Positions 1 through 9,033 of a stretch of 64,000 nucleotides of DNA are shown piece by piece. Numbering within the stretch: position 1 is the stretch's first letter; each line of letters starts with the position of its first letter. A model generated the notes under the pieces. The model made no database searches and had not been told where the DNA came from. It saw only the letters and a list, made by a program, of their open reading frames with translations. A program made the position numbers and the translations under genes. The stretch is from a virus, in the IMG/VR virus record IMGVR_UViG_3300025117_000038, positions 32,001-96,000 of that record; one strand, 5' to 3'.

Positions 1-53
1 GTAAAAAAGAAGAAAAACAAGAATTCCGTAATCTTATAAGGGAATTCGAGTAA
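1..53 (+). CDS. 3' end of an upstream gene (partial)
   Basis: Open frame KKEEKQEFRNLIREFE ending in TAA at 51-53. Confidence 0.5.
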   Translation, partial: KKEEKQEFRNLIREFE

Positions 54-93
54 TTTTTACCCATTTTTGTGTAATTGGAAGTCTACTGTATAC

Positions 94-114
94 GGTGGGG
101 AGAAATTCCCCACC
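94..114 (+). terminator. GC stem-loop (weak terminator or stabilising hairpin)
   Basis: GGTGGGGA-GAAAT-TCCCCACC followed by ATTT, just before the AGGAG SD of the next gene. Confidence 0.55.
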
Positions 115-135
115 ATTTAAAATTAGGAGAAAAAT

Positions 136-411
136 ATGGATTTAACACAATTAGTACCAGTCATTATTTCGTTTTTATCTGGCCCCGTTATTGCCCCTAT
201 CGCGGAATGGATTAAATCAAAAATTCCAGAGGGGTCGCCGCTAAAAACTTTGGGAGTTGTCTCTATTTTGAACGCTTGTGTTGTAGTAATTCTAATGCTT
301 AGTTTTGGTTTAGAACTAAACCTTTTGAATATTTTATCTCTTGCTTTTGGAACAAGCTCAACTGCCCAATTATCGCATGTTATTAAAAAGAATGTGGCAG
401 AGAAAGAATAA
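136..411 (+). CDS. small multi-TM membrane protein, holin-like
   Basis: 91 aa, 2-3 hydrophobic segments, charged C-terminus (KKNVAEKE), AGGAG SD. Confidence 0.5.
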   Translation: MDLTQLVPVIISFLSGPVIAPIAEWIKSKIPEGSPLKTLGVVSILNACVVVILMLSFGLELNLLNILSLAFGTSSTAQLSHVIKKNVAEKE

Positions 412-412
412 C

Positions 413-436
413 GTTATATATAATATTATATATAAC
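413..436. repeat. perfect 24-bp AT-rich palindrome
   Basis: GTTATATATAAT|ATTATATATAAC is its own reverse complement. Confidence 0.9.
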
Positions 437-488
437 ATTAATTAACGTCAGTCTCTGGAGTACTATATATTACGTTATTCATCATAGT

Positions 489-521
489 AGTCGTCAAGTC
501 TCTAAAGAAGTCGTCAAGTCT
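489..521. repeat. 13-bp direct repeat AGTCGTCAAGTCT x2, 20-bp period
   Basis: Copies at 489-501 and 509-521; degenerate copy at 446-456; inverted partial copy TCGACGACT at 582-590. Confidence 0.85.
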
Positions 522-693
522 ATGAATATTATTTTCTTAATTTACGTCTTCTTAGAAATTAATATTAATAAAATAATATTCTCGACGACTCCATTTTTTA
601 GGAACGTTTGATAAAAGGGAAGAACAAAATTAACATTCTGTTGTTAGTTGAGTAATTAGTAGAAATTTTGCAAACATGAGGAAGGGAAGTTTT

Positions 694-1434
694 ATGTTAC
701 CACCTATCAGCATTATTATGCCAGTATATAATCAACGTAAACATCTTCTTGAGGTTGCCGCGCGGTCGGCTATCAATCAGATTGGGGTCGAGGGTGAACT
801 TATTATTATTAACGATGGTTCTACAGACAATTGCATGGAAGTCCTTAATTTTGTACCATCGAGCAGTAATATAGAAATAAAAGTTATAAGTAGAGTTGAA
901 AATGGTGGTGTTGCCGCCGCATTAAACGATGGGATTAAGGCTTCTCAAAATGAATATATTGCATGGTTGCCTTCCGATGATTATTTTATGCCTGAAAAAA
1001 CATTGGTTCAATTATCTAATATGATAGAAGCAAAAACTTTGTTTTCTTTTACTGCCTTCCATCAACTGGTTTGGGAAAATGGAGTTCTTACTGAAGTTCA
1101 GGCAGTTCCCACCCCCTACCCATCGGGAAAAATTGGGGCAGTCCAGTTACATCAAGCATTATTAAATCGATTTCCTTCGTGTTTTCTTAACGGGGCATCA
1201 ATTATGGTACATAAAGAAGTTTTTAATAAGGTTGGTTTGTTTGATGAGGATTTAAAATATACCCAGGATTACGATATGTGGTTAAAAATAACGGAATATT
1301 ATGACACTTTTGTTAATGCTGACGCTTTAATGGTCAAAAATATCCACGACAATCAGATGGAATTTATCTTTAAAAATAAGACCGAACAAAGAGCAATAGA
1401 AGAGGGGATTTTAAAAAAGAGGTATTTATCTTAA
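694..1434 (+). CDS. GT2 family glycosyltransferase
   Basis: SIIMPVYN, IIINDGSTD, NGGVAAALNDGI, YIAWLPSDD, QDYDMW motifs; ATG694 follows a purine-rich SD (alternative start 676). Confidence 0.9.
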   Translation: MLPPISIIMPVYNQRKHLLEVAARSAINQIGVEGELIIINDGSTDNCMEVLNFVPSSSNIEIKVISRVENGGVAAALNDGIKASQNEYIAWLPSDDYFMPEKTLVQLSNMIEAKTLFSFTAFHQLVWENGVLTEVQAVPTPYPSGKIGAVQLHQALLNRFPSCFLNGASIMVHKEVFNKVGLFDEDLKYTQDYDMWLKITEYYDTFVNADALMVKNIHDNQMEFIFKNKTEQRAIEEGILKKRYLS

Positions 1435-2399
1435 TGAATGTTGCTTTTATTTCCGATAAAGATGGAGGAGGAACCTTGGGGCATTATTCTTCCTTGATTA
1501 ACAAGTTTACTTCTCATCATAGCGACTGTATTGTTAATTACAATCCGTATCAATTTAAAGTAGATTATGAGAGTAGGGACTCAGATAACGGCAAAATAGG
1601 TACAATATGTCGGTATATTTTAACAAATGCTGACATTTTGGTTTTTAACAATGGCTATGAATCGGTTGATTTCGCACAACGGGCATTTGAGTGGAAATTT
1701 GATGTCACTCAAAAAAACTTTTTCTTTTATGGTGATATAAATTACTTTGAGGAAAAAAGAAAATATAACCTAAAAGTTCCCGTCCTTACTACTCAATACA
1801 TTATTAAGAATTTCTTTGATACATATGTTTACGAGGCAGACAAAACTATTTATATTCCAATTGCTATTGATACTGGTTCCGCTAATTATAATAACAAAAT
1901 AAAATATGCCAATAAAATTGGTATTGTTCATGCTCCCGCAAGTCGTCAGAATAAAAATACCGAAGGATTTCTTTCAGTTAATTCATATGTAGAAATGTTT
2001 TTTGATAGTGCAACTTTTGATATTATAGAAAATGTTTCTTGGAAAAAGTCTTTATCAGATAAAAAAAAATATCAAATCGGAGTTGACCATATTAATCCCA
2101 ATTATGGGTATTATGGCATAAGTTCACTGGAAAATTCCGCCATTGGATTATTTAATTGTGTTAATCTCCCAATAGACGAGGCAATTTATTTATGTAGTAT
2201 GGTTGAATGTGATATTATGCCATGGGCATTTACATCTGATGAAGGAGCTTTATATGAAGTTGTTGGTGCATATATTAAGAGTCCCGAAAGCCTTTTTCAA
2301 GACAGGGTAAGAACGAAGAAATGGTTTGATGAATCATGGGATGGCAAAAAAATTATCAATAAAGTAATGCAAGCTATGGAGGAAAGATGTACGATTTAG
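1434..2399 (+). CDS. divergent GT-B fold glycosyltransferase (phage type)
   Basis: IVHAPASRQNKNT and YGISSLENSAIG motifs; paralogous to 2755..3777. Confidence 0.65.
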   Translation: MNVAFISDKDGGGTLGHYSSLINKFTSHHSDCIVNYNPYQFKVDYESRDSDNGKIGTICRYILTNADILVFNNGYESVDFAQRAFEWKFDVTQKNFFFYGDINYFEEKRKYNLKVPVLTTQYIIKNFFDTYVYEADKTIYIPIAIDTGSANYNNKIKYANKIGIVHAPASRQNKNTEGFLSVNSYVEMFFDSATFDIIENVSWKKSLSDKKKYQIGVDHINPNYGYYGISSLENSAIGLFNCVNLPIDEAIYLCSMVECDIMPWAFTSDEGALYEVVGAYIKSPESLFQDRVRTKKWFDESWDGKKIINKVMQAMEERCTI

Positions 2400-2758
2400 A
2401 CCCCGATGGAGATTTTGGTTTTAATAAATATCAACAAAAGGCTCATGAAACTGCTGAGTATCCAAATATATATGTTGGGGGACATCCTTCTAATTATATT
2501 TATGCTGCCATGGGATTAGCGGGAGAGTCAGGTGAACTAATTGAAAAATTAAAAAAGGTTGTTCGTAACAAGAATGGTCTTGTTGCGGAGTCTGATTTAT
2601 TTGATATTAAAAAAGAGGTTGGGGATGTTTTGTGGTATCTGTCTGAATTATGTACCTGTCTTAATCTTAGTCTGAAACAAATAGCAAGAGAAAACATTAA
2701 AAAGTTATCTGATAGAAAAAACAGGGGTGTTATCAAATCGGAAGGGGATAATAGATGA
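2387..2758 (+). CDS. MazG-like nucleoside triphosphate pyrophosphohydrolase
   Basis: GLAGESGEL...KKEVGDVLWYLS...ENIKKL: ExxE/ExxD all-alpha NTP-PPase pattern. Confidence 0.9.
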   Translation: MYDLDPDGDFGFNKYQQKAHETAEYPNIYVGGHPSNYIYAAMGLAGESGELIEKLKKVVRNKNGLVAESDLFDIKKEVGDVLWYLSELCTCLNLSLKQIARENIKKLSDRKNRGVIKSEGDNR

Positions 2759-3777
2759 ATATACTTTGGGTAGGAGCAGTCGATGCAAGTGGAGCCTGTA
2801 TGGCTTACTGCAATGCTATCAATAAAGGTGGTGAACATAATTGCCGTTTAGTGACTCAATTCGAAACAAGGGGATTTGATAGCGATATTGTTATACAAAG
2901 AGATATGTGGTCGATTCCCGATGGGAGAACAAAAGAGGATAAAATAGAGGAATTTAAAAGTTTGGTTGAAAAGGCTGATGTAGTTATTTTTAACGCTGCT
3001 CTTTTCCCTGGTATTGGGTCTTCCTATTCCCAGGTTGTATCAGATACATATGAAATGCAATGGTACGGTATCAATTGGTATGATTATATTGATAAAAAGA
3101 AATTTTTTGTATTTTTTTCTGGTTCTTGTTCTTTAAGGGGAAATTATCAGTATTATATAGATTTGCACACTAAATATAATATTCCTATTATTACATGTCA
3201 GACAGATGTATATAAAAATATTAAAAATTTAGCCGAAAATATTACCTATCTTCCAAACTTGATTAATAATAATCATCCTCGCTATTTAAGAACTCCTTCT
3301 TATGAAGAAAAAATTCATATCGTACATTCTCCCACTGACAGAAGAGTAAAAAACACCAGTGAATTCACGAGGGTTTGTCGTAGATTAAAGAGGGAGTTCG
3401 ATTACTTAGATTTTTCTCTTATTGAAAATAAAGGCTATAATGAATCTATTGTTATTAAGCAAAATAGTCAAATAGGTTTTGACCATATGCAGGGATATTA
3501 TAGTTTGTCTTCTGTGGAAAATGGTTGTTTGGGATTGATTAATGTGGTGGGGTTATCTGAATGGGGCATTGAATTTATTGAGGATAGTATCGGGGGAGGC
3601 TCTCTTCCTTGGGTTACCCCAAGAAATGAAGAAGAACTTTATGCAAATATAAAATATTTAGTTGAAGATAGAGAAAGGTTATACCAATTAAGACTACAAT
3701 CGTATAATTGGCATCACAAATATTGGAGAGATGATATTCATATTAAAAAGTTAATTAATGTTCTGGGGGGGAAATGA
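2755..3777 (+). CDS. divergent GT-B fold glycosyltransferase (phage type)
   Basis: IVHSPTDRRVKNT, GFDHMQGYYSLSSVENGCLG; same motif order as 1434..2399. Confidence 0.65.
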   Translation: MNILWVGAVDASGACMAYCNAINKGGEHNCRLVTQFETRGFDSDIVIQRDMWSIPDGRTKEDKIEEFKSLVEKADVVIFNAALFPGIGSSYSQVVSDTYEMQWYGINWYDYIDKKKFFVFFSGSCSLRGNYQYYIDLHTKYNIPIITCQTDVYKNIKNLAENITYLPNLINNNHPRYLRTPSYEEKIHIVHSPTDRRVKNTSEFTRVCRRLKREFDYLDFSLIENKGYNESIVIKQNSQIGFDHMQGYYSLSSVENGCLGLINVVGLSEWGIEFIEDSIGGGSLPWVTPRNEEELYANIKYLVEDRERLYQLRLQSYNWHHKYWRDDIHIKKLINVLGGK

Positions 3778-4583
3778 AAGTTATAGGTATAGCACAAGTT
3801 TATAATGAAGCTATTAATTTAGAAAGATTTCTTAAATATTATAAAGAAATTTGCGATGATATTATCTTACTCGATGATGCTTCTACTGATAATACAGTTG
3901 AAATAGCAAAAAAATATACCGATAATGTTATTTCAAATAAAGAAAATAGATGGAAACATCAAATGGAAACTTTTAATAAAGATTTCTTATTGCAAGAAGC
4001 CAAAAAAATGGGGGCAGAATGGGTTGTAAATTTTGATGCTGATGAAATTTTTGAAGCACAGTTTAACAGAGAAAAATTAGATAAGGCAATTGATTGGGCG
4101 GAGTTTTCAATAAAAAGAGGAATTCCTACTTATTCATATGGAGCAGCGTGGATTAATTTGTGGTTGTCGGAAGCCTATTTTAGAGTTGATGGAGGGCTTA
4201 CTATGGTTTCTCCTCCAAGAATATATAAGGTTTTAAGCGATGCCAAAATAGAAACTGTTGGAGGATTACATAGAAGGTTGTGGCCTTCATATGCGGACAA
4301 TCCATATCAATTACCATTTAACTTATTACACTATAGTTCAGCTTCTCTGCCGGGAGTTATTTATAAAATTACTCGTTATTATAAGTTGGGTAAAAAATTT
4401 CCCAATATTGAGATGGCCAAACAGCACTATATTTATAATTTATTAAAAGGAACGCAGATTGCAAAAGTCCCCCCCCTGTGGTTCCCCAATGAACTAAGAC
4501 CAATATATAGTCCCATTAATTTAAGTGCTCTTCATAATGAAATATCTAACGCTATTGAATATATGATGGAGAATGAAAAATGA
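3774..4583 (+). CDS. GT2-like glycosyltransferase
   Basis: VYNEA, LLDDASTDNT, WVVNFDADE (DxD), LLHY. Confidence 0.85.
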   Translation: MKVIGIAQVYNEAINLERFLKYYKEICDDIILLDDASTDNTVEIAKKYTDNVISNKENRWKHQMETFNKDFLLQEAKKMGAEWVVNFDADEIFEAQFNREKLDKAIDWAEFSIKRGIPTYSYGAAWINLWLSEAYFRVDGGLTMVSPPRIYKVLSDAKIETVGGLHRRLWPSYADNPYQLPFNLLHYSSASLPGVIYKITRYYKLGKKFPNIEMAKQHYIYNLLKGTQIAKVPPLWFPNELRPIYSPINLSALHNEISNAIEYMMENEK

Positions 4584-5671
4584 AAATACTTTTAGACAGT
4601 ATGTCAAGACGATTCGGGGATACCTTAACTGCTCTTCCTTTTACTTCTTTATTTAGAGAGAAATTTGGCAAAGATGTTCATATAACATTTGGAAGTAGTC
4701 CATATGAATCAGATATTGAGTTTTATCGACATATTTCGACTATTGATGATGTTGTTTTAGGAACTCTATATAATCCCTCTGGGCGTGGATACGATATGTC
4801 TTTTGATATAATTTTAAGAACATCTTTTGATGTTGATGTAAAATTTTCACCACATAAAATTTTTGGAGAACTAGATACAAAAGAGGGATGGGACATATGT
4901 ATGAAAAATTACCCTATAAAATTTTTATATTACAACAAATCACACAAATTTCCTAAAACAAAAAAAAGAATTGGTCTGTTCGTTAATTTTCCTAGAAAAG
5001 ATATTTCTATCCCAGTTGAAATTGGAGTTTATCCCGTTAACCTATGGCAACAACTTATTAATATTCTTAATAAAAAATATCACGTTTATGTTTTTACTGG
5101 GATGATGGAACCAGACTATAACTTCGACAATTGCCATAATCTTGGAAAACTAAAAGCCTGTGACGAATTAAGTGTTACTTCAAATATGGATATCGTAATC
5201 GGAACATCTTGTGGTTTTATGGATATGGTAGCAACTTTCGCAGATATTCCCAAAATAGTTTTAAGTAGTTGTGAAGAAGATGAAACATGTGTTTGGTCTG
5301 GAATACCCGATAAGTGTACCTTACCACAAAATAGATATAATTATTTTATTTCACCGAGGGATGATATGTATAGTTTTATTAAGCCATCGAAGGGAGCCAG
5401 ATTAGTTGAATGGTATTATCAACATCTTCTAAAAAAAATGCCATTGATTAGAAATATGAGAAGTTTAAGTGGAATTGACCCATTAATCATATCAGAACAT
5501 ATTGACTATCTTTTAAGTGGTGGAAAATCCGTAGAATGGTTTGTAGAAGGACATGTTTGTGATACATGTAAACTAAAAAAAGACTTTAATCAGTGTTCAT
5601 ATGTTTATAAGCCCTCTTTAAAGGATGGAAGTTATTATAAAGGAAATTGGGATGGATATAACACAAGATAA
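4580..5671 (+). CDS. GT9-like (heptosyltransferase-like) glycosyltransferase
   Basis: N-terminal RRFGDTLTALP and VIGTSCGFMDMV resemble the GT9 GDxxxxxP and DSGxxHxA motifs. Confidence 0.6.
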   Translation: MKILLDSMSRRFGDTLTALPFTSLFREKFGKDVHITFGSSPYESDIEFYRHISTIDDVVLGTLYNPSGRGYDMSFDIILRTSFDVDVKFSPHKIFGELDTKEGWDICMKNYPIKFLYYNKSHKFPKTKKRIGLFVNFPRKDISIPVEIGVYPVNLWQQLINILNKKYHVYVFTGMMEPDYNFDNCHNLGKLKACDELSVTSNMDIVIGTSCGFMDMVATFADIPKIVLSSCEEDETCVWSGIPDKCTLPQNRYNYFISPRDDMYSFIKPSKGARLVEWYYQHLLKKMPLIRNMRSLSGIDPLIISEHIDYLLSGGKSVEWFVEGHVCDTCKLKKDFNQCSYVYKPSLKDGSYYKGNWDGYNTR

Positions 5672-5777
5672 AAATAGTTTAGAGATAATAATCACTGAGT
5701 TAAAACAGAAGATAGGTGATTTAGAAAAGAGAATAGAAAAAATAGAGTATTTTTTTAAGGGTCCAAAATCATGTTAA
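5652..5777 (+). CDS. small coiled-coil protein (41 aa, not in ORF track)
   Basis: MDITQDKNSLEIIITELKQKIGDLEKRIEKIEYFFKGPKSC fills the gap and overlaps both neighbours. Confidence 0.55.
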   Translation: MDITQDKNSLEIIITELKQKIGDLEKRIEKIEYFFKGPKSC

Positions 5778-6724
5778 CCCACATTTTTATTATTACAATA
5801 TGTTCATATTTAATAACCCTATTGGAAAGAAGAGCGACATGGGATATTGGCCATCAGGCAATTGGGATTGGGGCTGTTAATAGAGTGGTAAATAATGAAG
5901 CGGGTATGCCTACTCAACATCGTCCATTGTCGTATTTACTTATGCATATTTTGAGATTAAATACTATAGATTGGCAAATGGGAGTCGTCTATCTTCCTCA
6001 TAGGAAAATTCACATTCATATAAAAGCAGATACAATAAATCAATACTATATCTTAAAATTTTTTCTAATATTGGGTTCATCATTGACCTTTTACTGGTAT
6101 CTGTGGATACTGTGTTTTAACCCATTGGTGGGGTCATTATTGTTTCTTTTGTTTGTATCGTTTGGGTTTATGTTTGATTATATAGACTGTTATCTTGATA
6201 TTATTTTTATTGGATTAGTTTTAATTGGAATTTTAAGTAATTTCCCTATGTGGATAATTGGCCTTGTGATTTTGATGGGGTCATTAAATAGAGAAACGAT
6301 TGTTGTTGTTGTTCCATTTGTTTTTTATTACTATGGATTACCCTATGGTATTGCTTTAACAGGAACATTTTTGCTTGGGAGATTTTTAATAAAAAAGATG
6401 TATCCACGGAAATATAAAATCAGTTTCGTTGGATGGGATGTTTATAGGGATATAAAAAATATTTATAAAGGAATAAATTCTCCAAAAGAAACTTTTATAA
6501 ATGAAGTTTGGGGAGGGGTTGTTTTTGTATTACTTTACATCTCTTTATTTTTTATAAATGAGAAATTTACAATAATGCCTATAGAAATACGCAATATCAT
6601 ATCCGTTGGATATATAATTTTTGGTATTTTCATAATTTTAATATCAATTCCCGGTGACATCAGAGAAATAAGAATATATTACCCAACTTTATATGTTGTT
6701 ATACCACTATTAATGTCTTTATAA
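5771..6724 (+). CDS. polytopic membrane protein, GT-C-like glycosyltransferase candidate
   Basis: Roughly 8-9 hydrophobic segments, extracytoplasmic loop after TM1 (PTQHRPL), GSLNRET and EIRIYYP motifs, inside a GT operon. Confidence 0.5.
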   Translation: MLTHIFIITICSYLITLLERRATWDIGHQAIGIGAVNRVVNNEAGMPTQHRPLSYLLMHILRLNTIDWQMGVVYLPHRKIHIHIKADTINQYYILKFFLILGSSLTFYWYLWILCFNPLVGSLLFLLFVSFGFMFDYIDCYLDIIFIGLVLIGILSNFPMWIIGLVILMGSLNRETIVVVVPFVFYYYGLPYGIALTGTFLLGRFLIKKMYPRKYKISFVGWDVYRDIKNIYKGINSPKETFINEVWGGVVFVLLYISLFFINEKFTIMPIEIRNIISVGYIIFGIFIILISIPGDIREIRIYYPTLYVVIPLLMSL

Positions 6725-6734
6725 TGGAGGAAAG

Positions 6735-6971
6735 ATGCAAACAATAGGAGAATTAATAGATAAATTGACAATAGCGAATATTCGGCTATGGCATCTGGAG
6801 GATATACGTAGAAACAAAAATTTGACAAATGATGAAAGGTTAAAGGCGTGTGATTCTGTTTCTGTTGTTAATAAGCAAAGAAATAATTTGATTGATGAGA
6901 TAGACAAATGTATTGACGATGCTATCCATAATGGAGAAGCACCAGTTTTTTTGAAGAATAAACTTTATTGA
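6735..6971 (+). CDS. DUF4254-like helical protein
   Basis: TIGELIDKLTI, LWHLEDIRR, NKQRNNLIDEID. Confidence 0.65.
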   Translation: MQTIGELIDKLTIANIRLWHLEDIRRNKNLTNDERLKACDSVSVVNKQRNNLIDEIDKCIDDAIHNGEAPVFLKNKLY

Positions 6972-6981
6972 AAGGAAAGTA

Positions 6982-7932
6982 ATGGCTAATATTGTTGTAA
7001 CAGGAGCGTTGGGGACTTTGGGTTCACCGTTGGTTAGAAAACTTGTTGAAGATGGGCATAATGTTTATAGTATAGACCTTATGCATAGTGGTAGACCAAA
7101 TTATATTAGAGCCGATGTTGGTGATTTTAGAGAAATTTCGAATGCTTTTATGGCGATAGAAAGTTCTCTTGTAAAACAGGGAAAGGGACATATAGATTTT
7201 GTCTATCATCTGGCGGCTGAATTTGGTCGTATCAATGGAGAGATGTATTATAATAAAGTATGGGAAACAAATGTCATAGGAACTAAAAATATTCTTGAAC
7301 TACAAAAGTTTGGGCTTTTTGATAAACTTATTTTTGCGAGTTCCAGTGAGGTTTATGGGGAAACGGAAGTTAATCCCATTAACGAAAGCTCTTTTGGCAA
7401 TCCATTAGTAGTTCCACATAACGACTACGCTATTTCAAAAGCAGTTAACGAGATGCAAATTATAAACCATCGTAAACGTAATGAGTTGCCAGTAATGACA
7501 ATCAGACTCTTCAATGCTTATGGGCCGGGAGAACATTACCATCCATTTAGAAGTGTTGTTTGTCTGTTTTGTTATTATGCGTTGAATGGACTTCCTTATA
7601 ATGTTTATGAAGGTTATCATAGGGTTTTTATGTATGTTGACGACTTGATTCCCACCTTAGCCAGATGTGCTGGACTATTTTCAGATGGACTTACTATTAA
7701 TATTGGTGGTGAGGAATATCGTTCCGTAAAAGAAATGAGTGATATTGTTCTTAAGACTATCGGTATCGATGATTCTAAGGTTAACTATCTTCCTCTTGAT
7801 AAGCACAATACCGTTAACAAAAGGCCCGACATAACACTTGCTAAAGAAATTTTAAAGCACAACCCCTCTACCACTCTTGAAGAAGGTATTCCAAAGACTA
7901 TCGAGTGGATGAAACGTGTTTACAACATATAG
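6982..7932 (+). CDS. NAD-dependent NDP-sugar epimerase/dehydratase (extended SDR)
   Basis: VTGALGTLG, HLAA, ASSSEVYG, YAISK (YxxxK), RLFNAYGPGE. Confidence 0.93.
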   Translation: MANIVVTGALGTLGSPLVRKLVEDGHNVYSIDLMHSGRPNYIRADVGDFREISNAFMAIESSLVKQGKGHIDFVYHLAAEFGRINGEMYYNKVWETNVIGTKNILELQKFGLFDKLIFASSSEVYGETEVNPINESSFGNPLVVPHNDYAISKAVNEMQIINHRKRNELPVMTIRLFNAYGPGEHYHPFRSVVCLFCYYALNGLPYNVYEGYHRVFMYVDDLIPTLARCAGLFSDGLTINIGGEEYRSVKEMSDIVLKTIGIDDSKVNYLPLDKHNTVNKRPDITLAKEILKHNPSTTLEEGIPKTIEWMKRVYNI

Positions 7933-7938
7933 GTAAAT

Positions 7939-9033
7939 ATGAAGAGAGTATGTTTAATAATCGGAGCGAGGCCAAACTTTGTTAAAGCGGCCTCGCTTTA
8001 TAAAGCATTTCAGGAGTATCCCGAAATAAAATTAACAATTGTTCATACTGGGCAACATTATACTGAAGTTTTGTCAGATGATATTATAAATCAAATTGGA
8101 CTTAAGGTTGATGTTAATTTGAATGTTTATTCATCTCTGTATTCCGATTTAATAACTGCAATTGATAAGTATTTATCTAAAAACGAGTTTGACATGATGA
8201 TTATTTTGGGTGATGTTAATTCTTCTTTTGCAGGAGCATACGTAGCTAAAAACAGGGGAATTCCATTGGCTCATGTAGAATCTGGATTACGTTCTGGTTT
8301 ATGGTATATGCCTGAAGAATTAAATAGGTTTCTTATAGATGCACTATCTGATTATTTATTTTTTACAAATGTAAGTGCGATGGGAAATGTTTCTGACGAA
8401 TTTGTTGACAAGAAAAAATTCTTAGTTGGTAATATTATGATAGACACATTAGTAGCGATGGAATCGTATATAAAAGAATCGGAATATAATGGGGAAGATT
8501 ACGCAATAGCTACTTTCCATAGGAAGGAAAATATCAGTACGAAGGAATCTATATTAGAGATATTAGACTTATTGAAAAGTATAAAAAAAATAATTCCTGT
8601 AAAATTTTATGTTCATCCACATTTTACTGTTAATATGTCAAGGTTTTTAACATCAACAGAACTAGAATATTATAGAGATGGCAACTTAATGGAATCTATG
8701 TATTCTCCGATTTCATATTTGGACTTTATTAAAGAACTCCATCATTCAAAATTTGTTATTACGGATTCGGGAGGAGTACAAGAAGAGTCATGTATTATGA
8801 ATAAACCCTGTCTTGTCTATAGGAAAAATACAGATAGACCTATTACAATTTTACTTTCTGGAACCGTTGTTACTCAGAATTTTGAAAAAATCATTGAATT
8901 TGCAAAAAAACAAAATAATATTCCAATCAATAAGAGCTGGGATAGCAAAGCCAAAAATCATATGTGGGGAGATGGTCAGGCAGGAAAAAGAATAGCAAAA
9001 ATTATTAACGATATACTAAAGGAAGGGAAATGA
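7939..9033 (+). CDS. wecB: UDP-N-acetylglucosamine 2-epimerase
   Basis: GARPNFVK, HTGQHY, LGDVNS, HVESGLRS, MPEELNR, TDSGGVQEE. Confidence 0.93.
   Translation: MKRVCLIIGARPNFVKAASLYKAFQEYPEIKLTIVHTGQHYTEVLSDDIINQIGLKVDVNLNVYSSLYSDLITAIDKYLSKNEFDMMIILGDVNSSFAGAYVAKNRGIPLAHVESGLRSGLWYMPEELNRFLIDALSDYLFFTNVSAMGNVSDEFVDKKKFLVGNIMIDTLVAMESYIKESEYNGEDYAIATFHRKENISTKESILEILDLLKSIKKIIPVKFYVHPHFTVNMSRFLTSTELEYYRDGNLMESMYSPISYLDFIKELHHSKFVITDSGGVQEESCIMNKPCLVYRKNTDRPITILLSGTVVTQNFEKIIEFAKKQNNIPINKSWDSKAKNHMWGDGQAGKRIAKIINDILKEGK

Noticed and set aside
446-590. CRISPR mini-array
   Set aside because: Repeats are 13 bp with a 7-bp gap, far too short for repeat-spacer units
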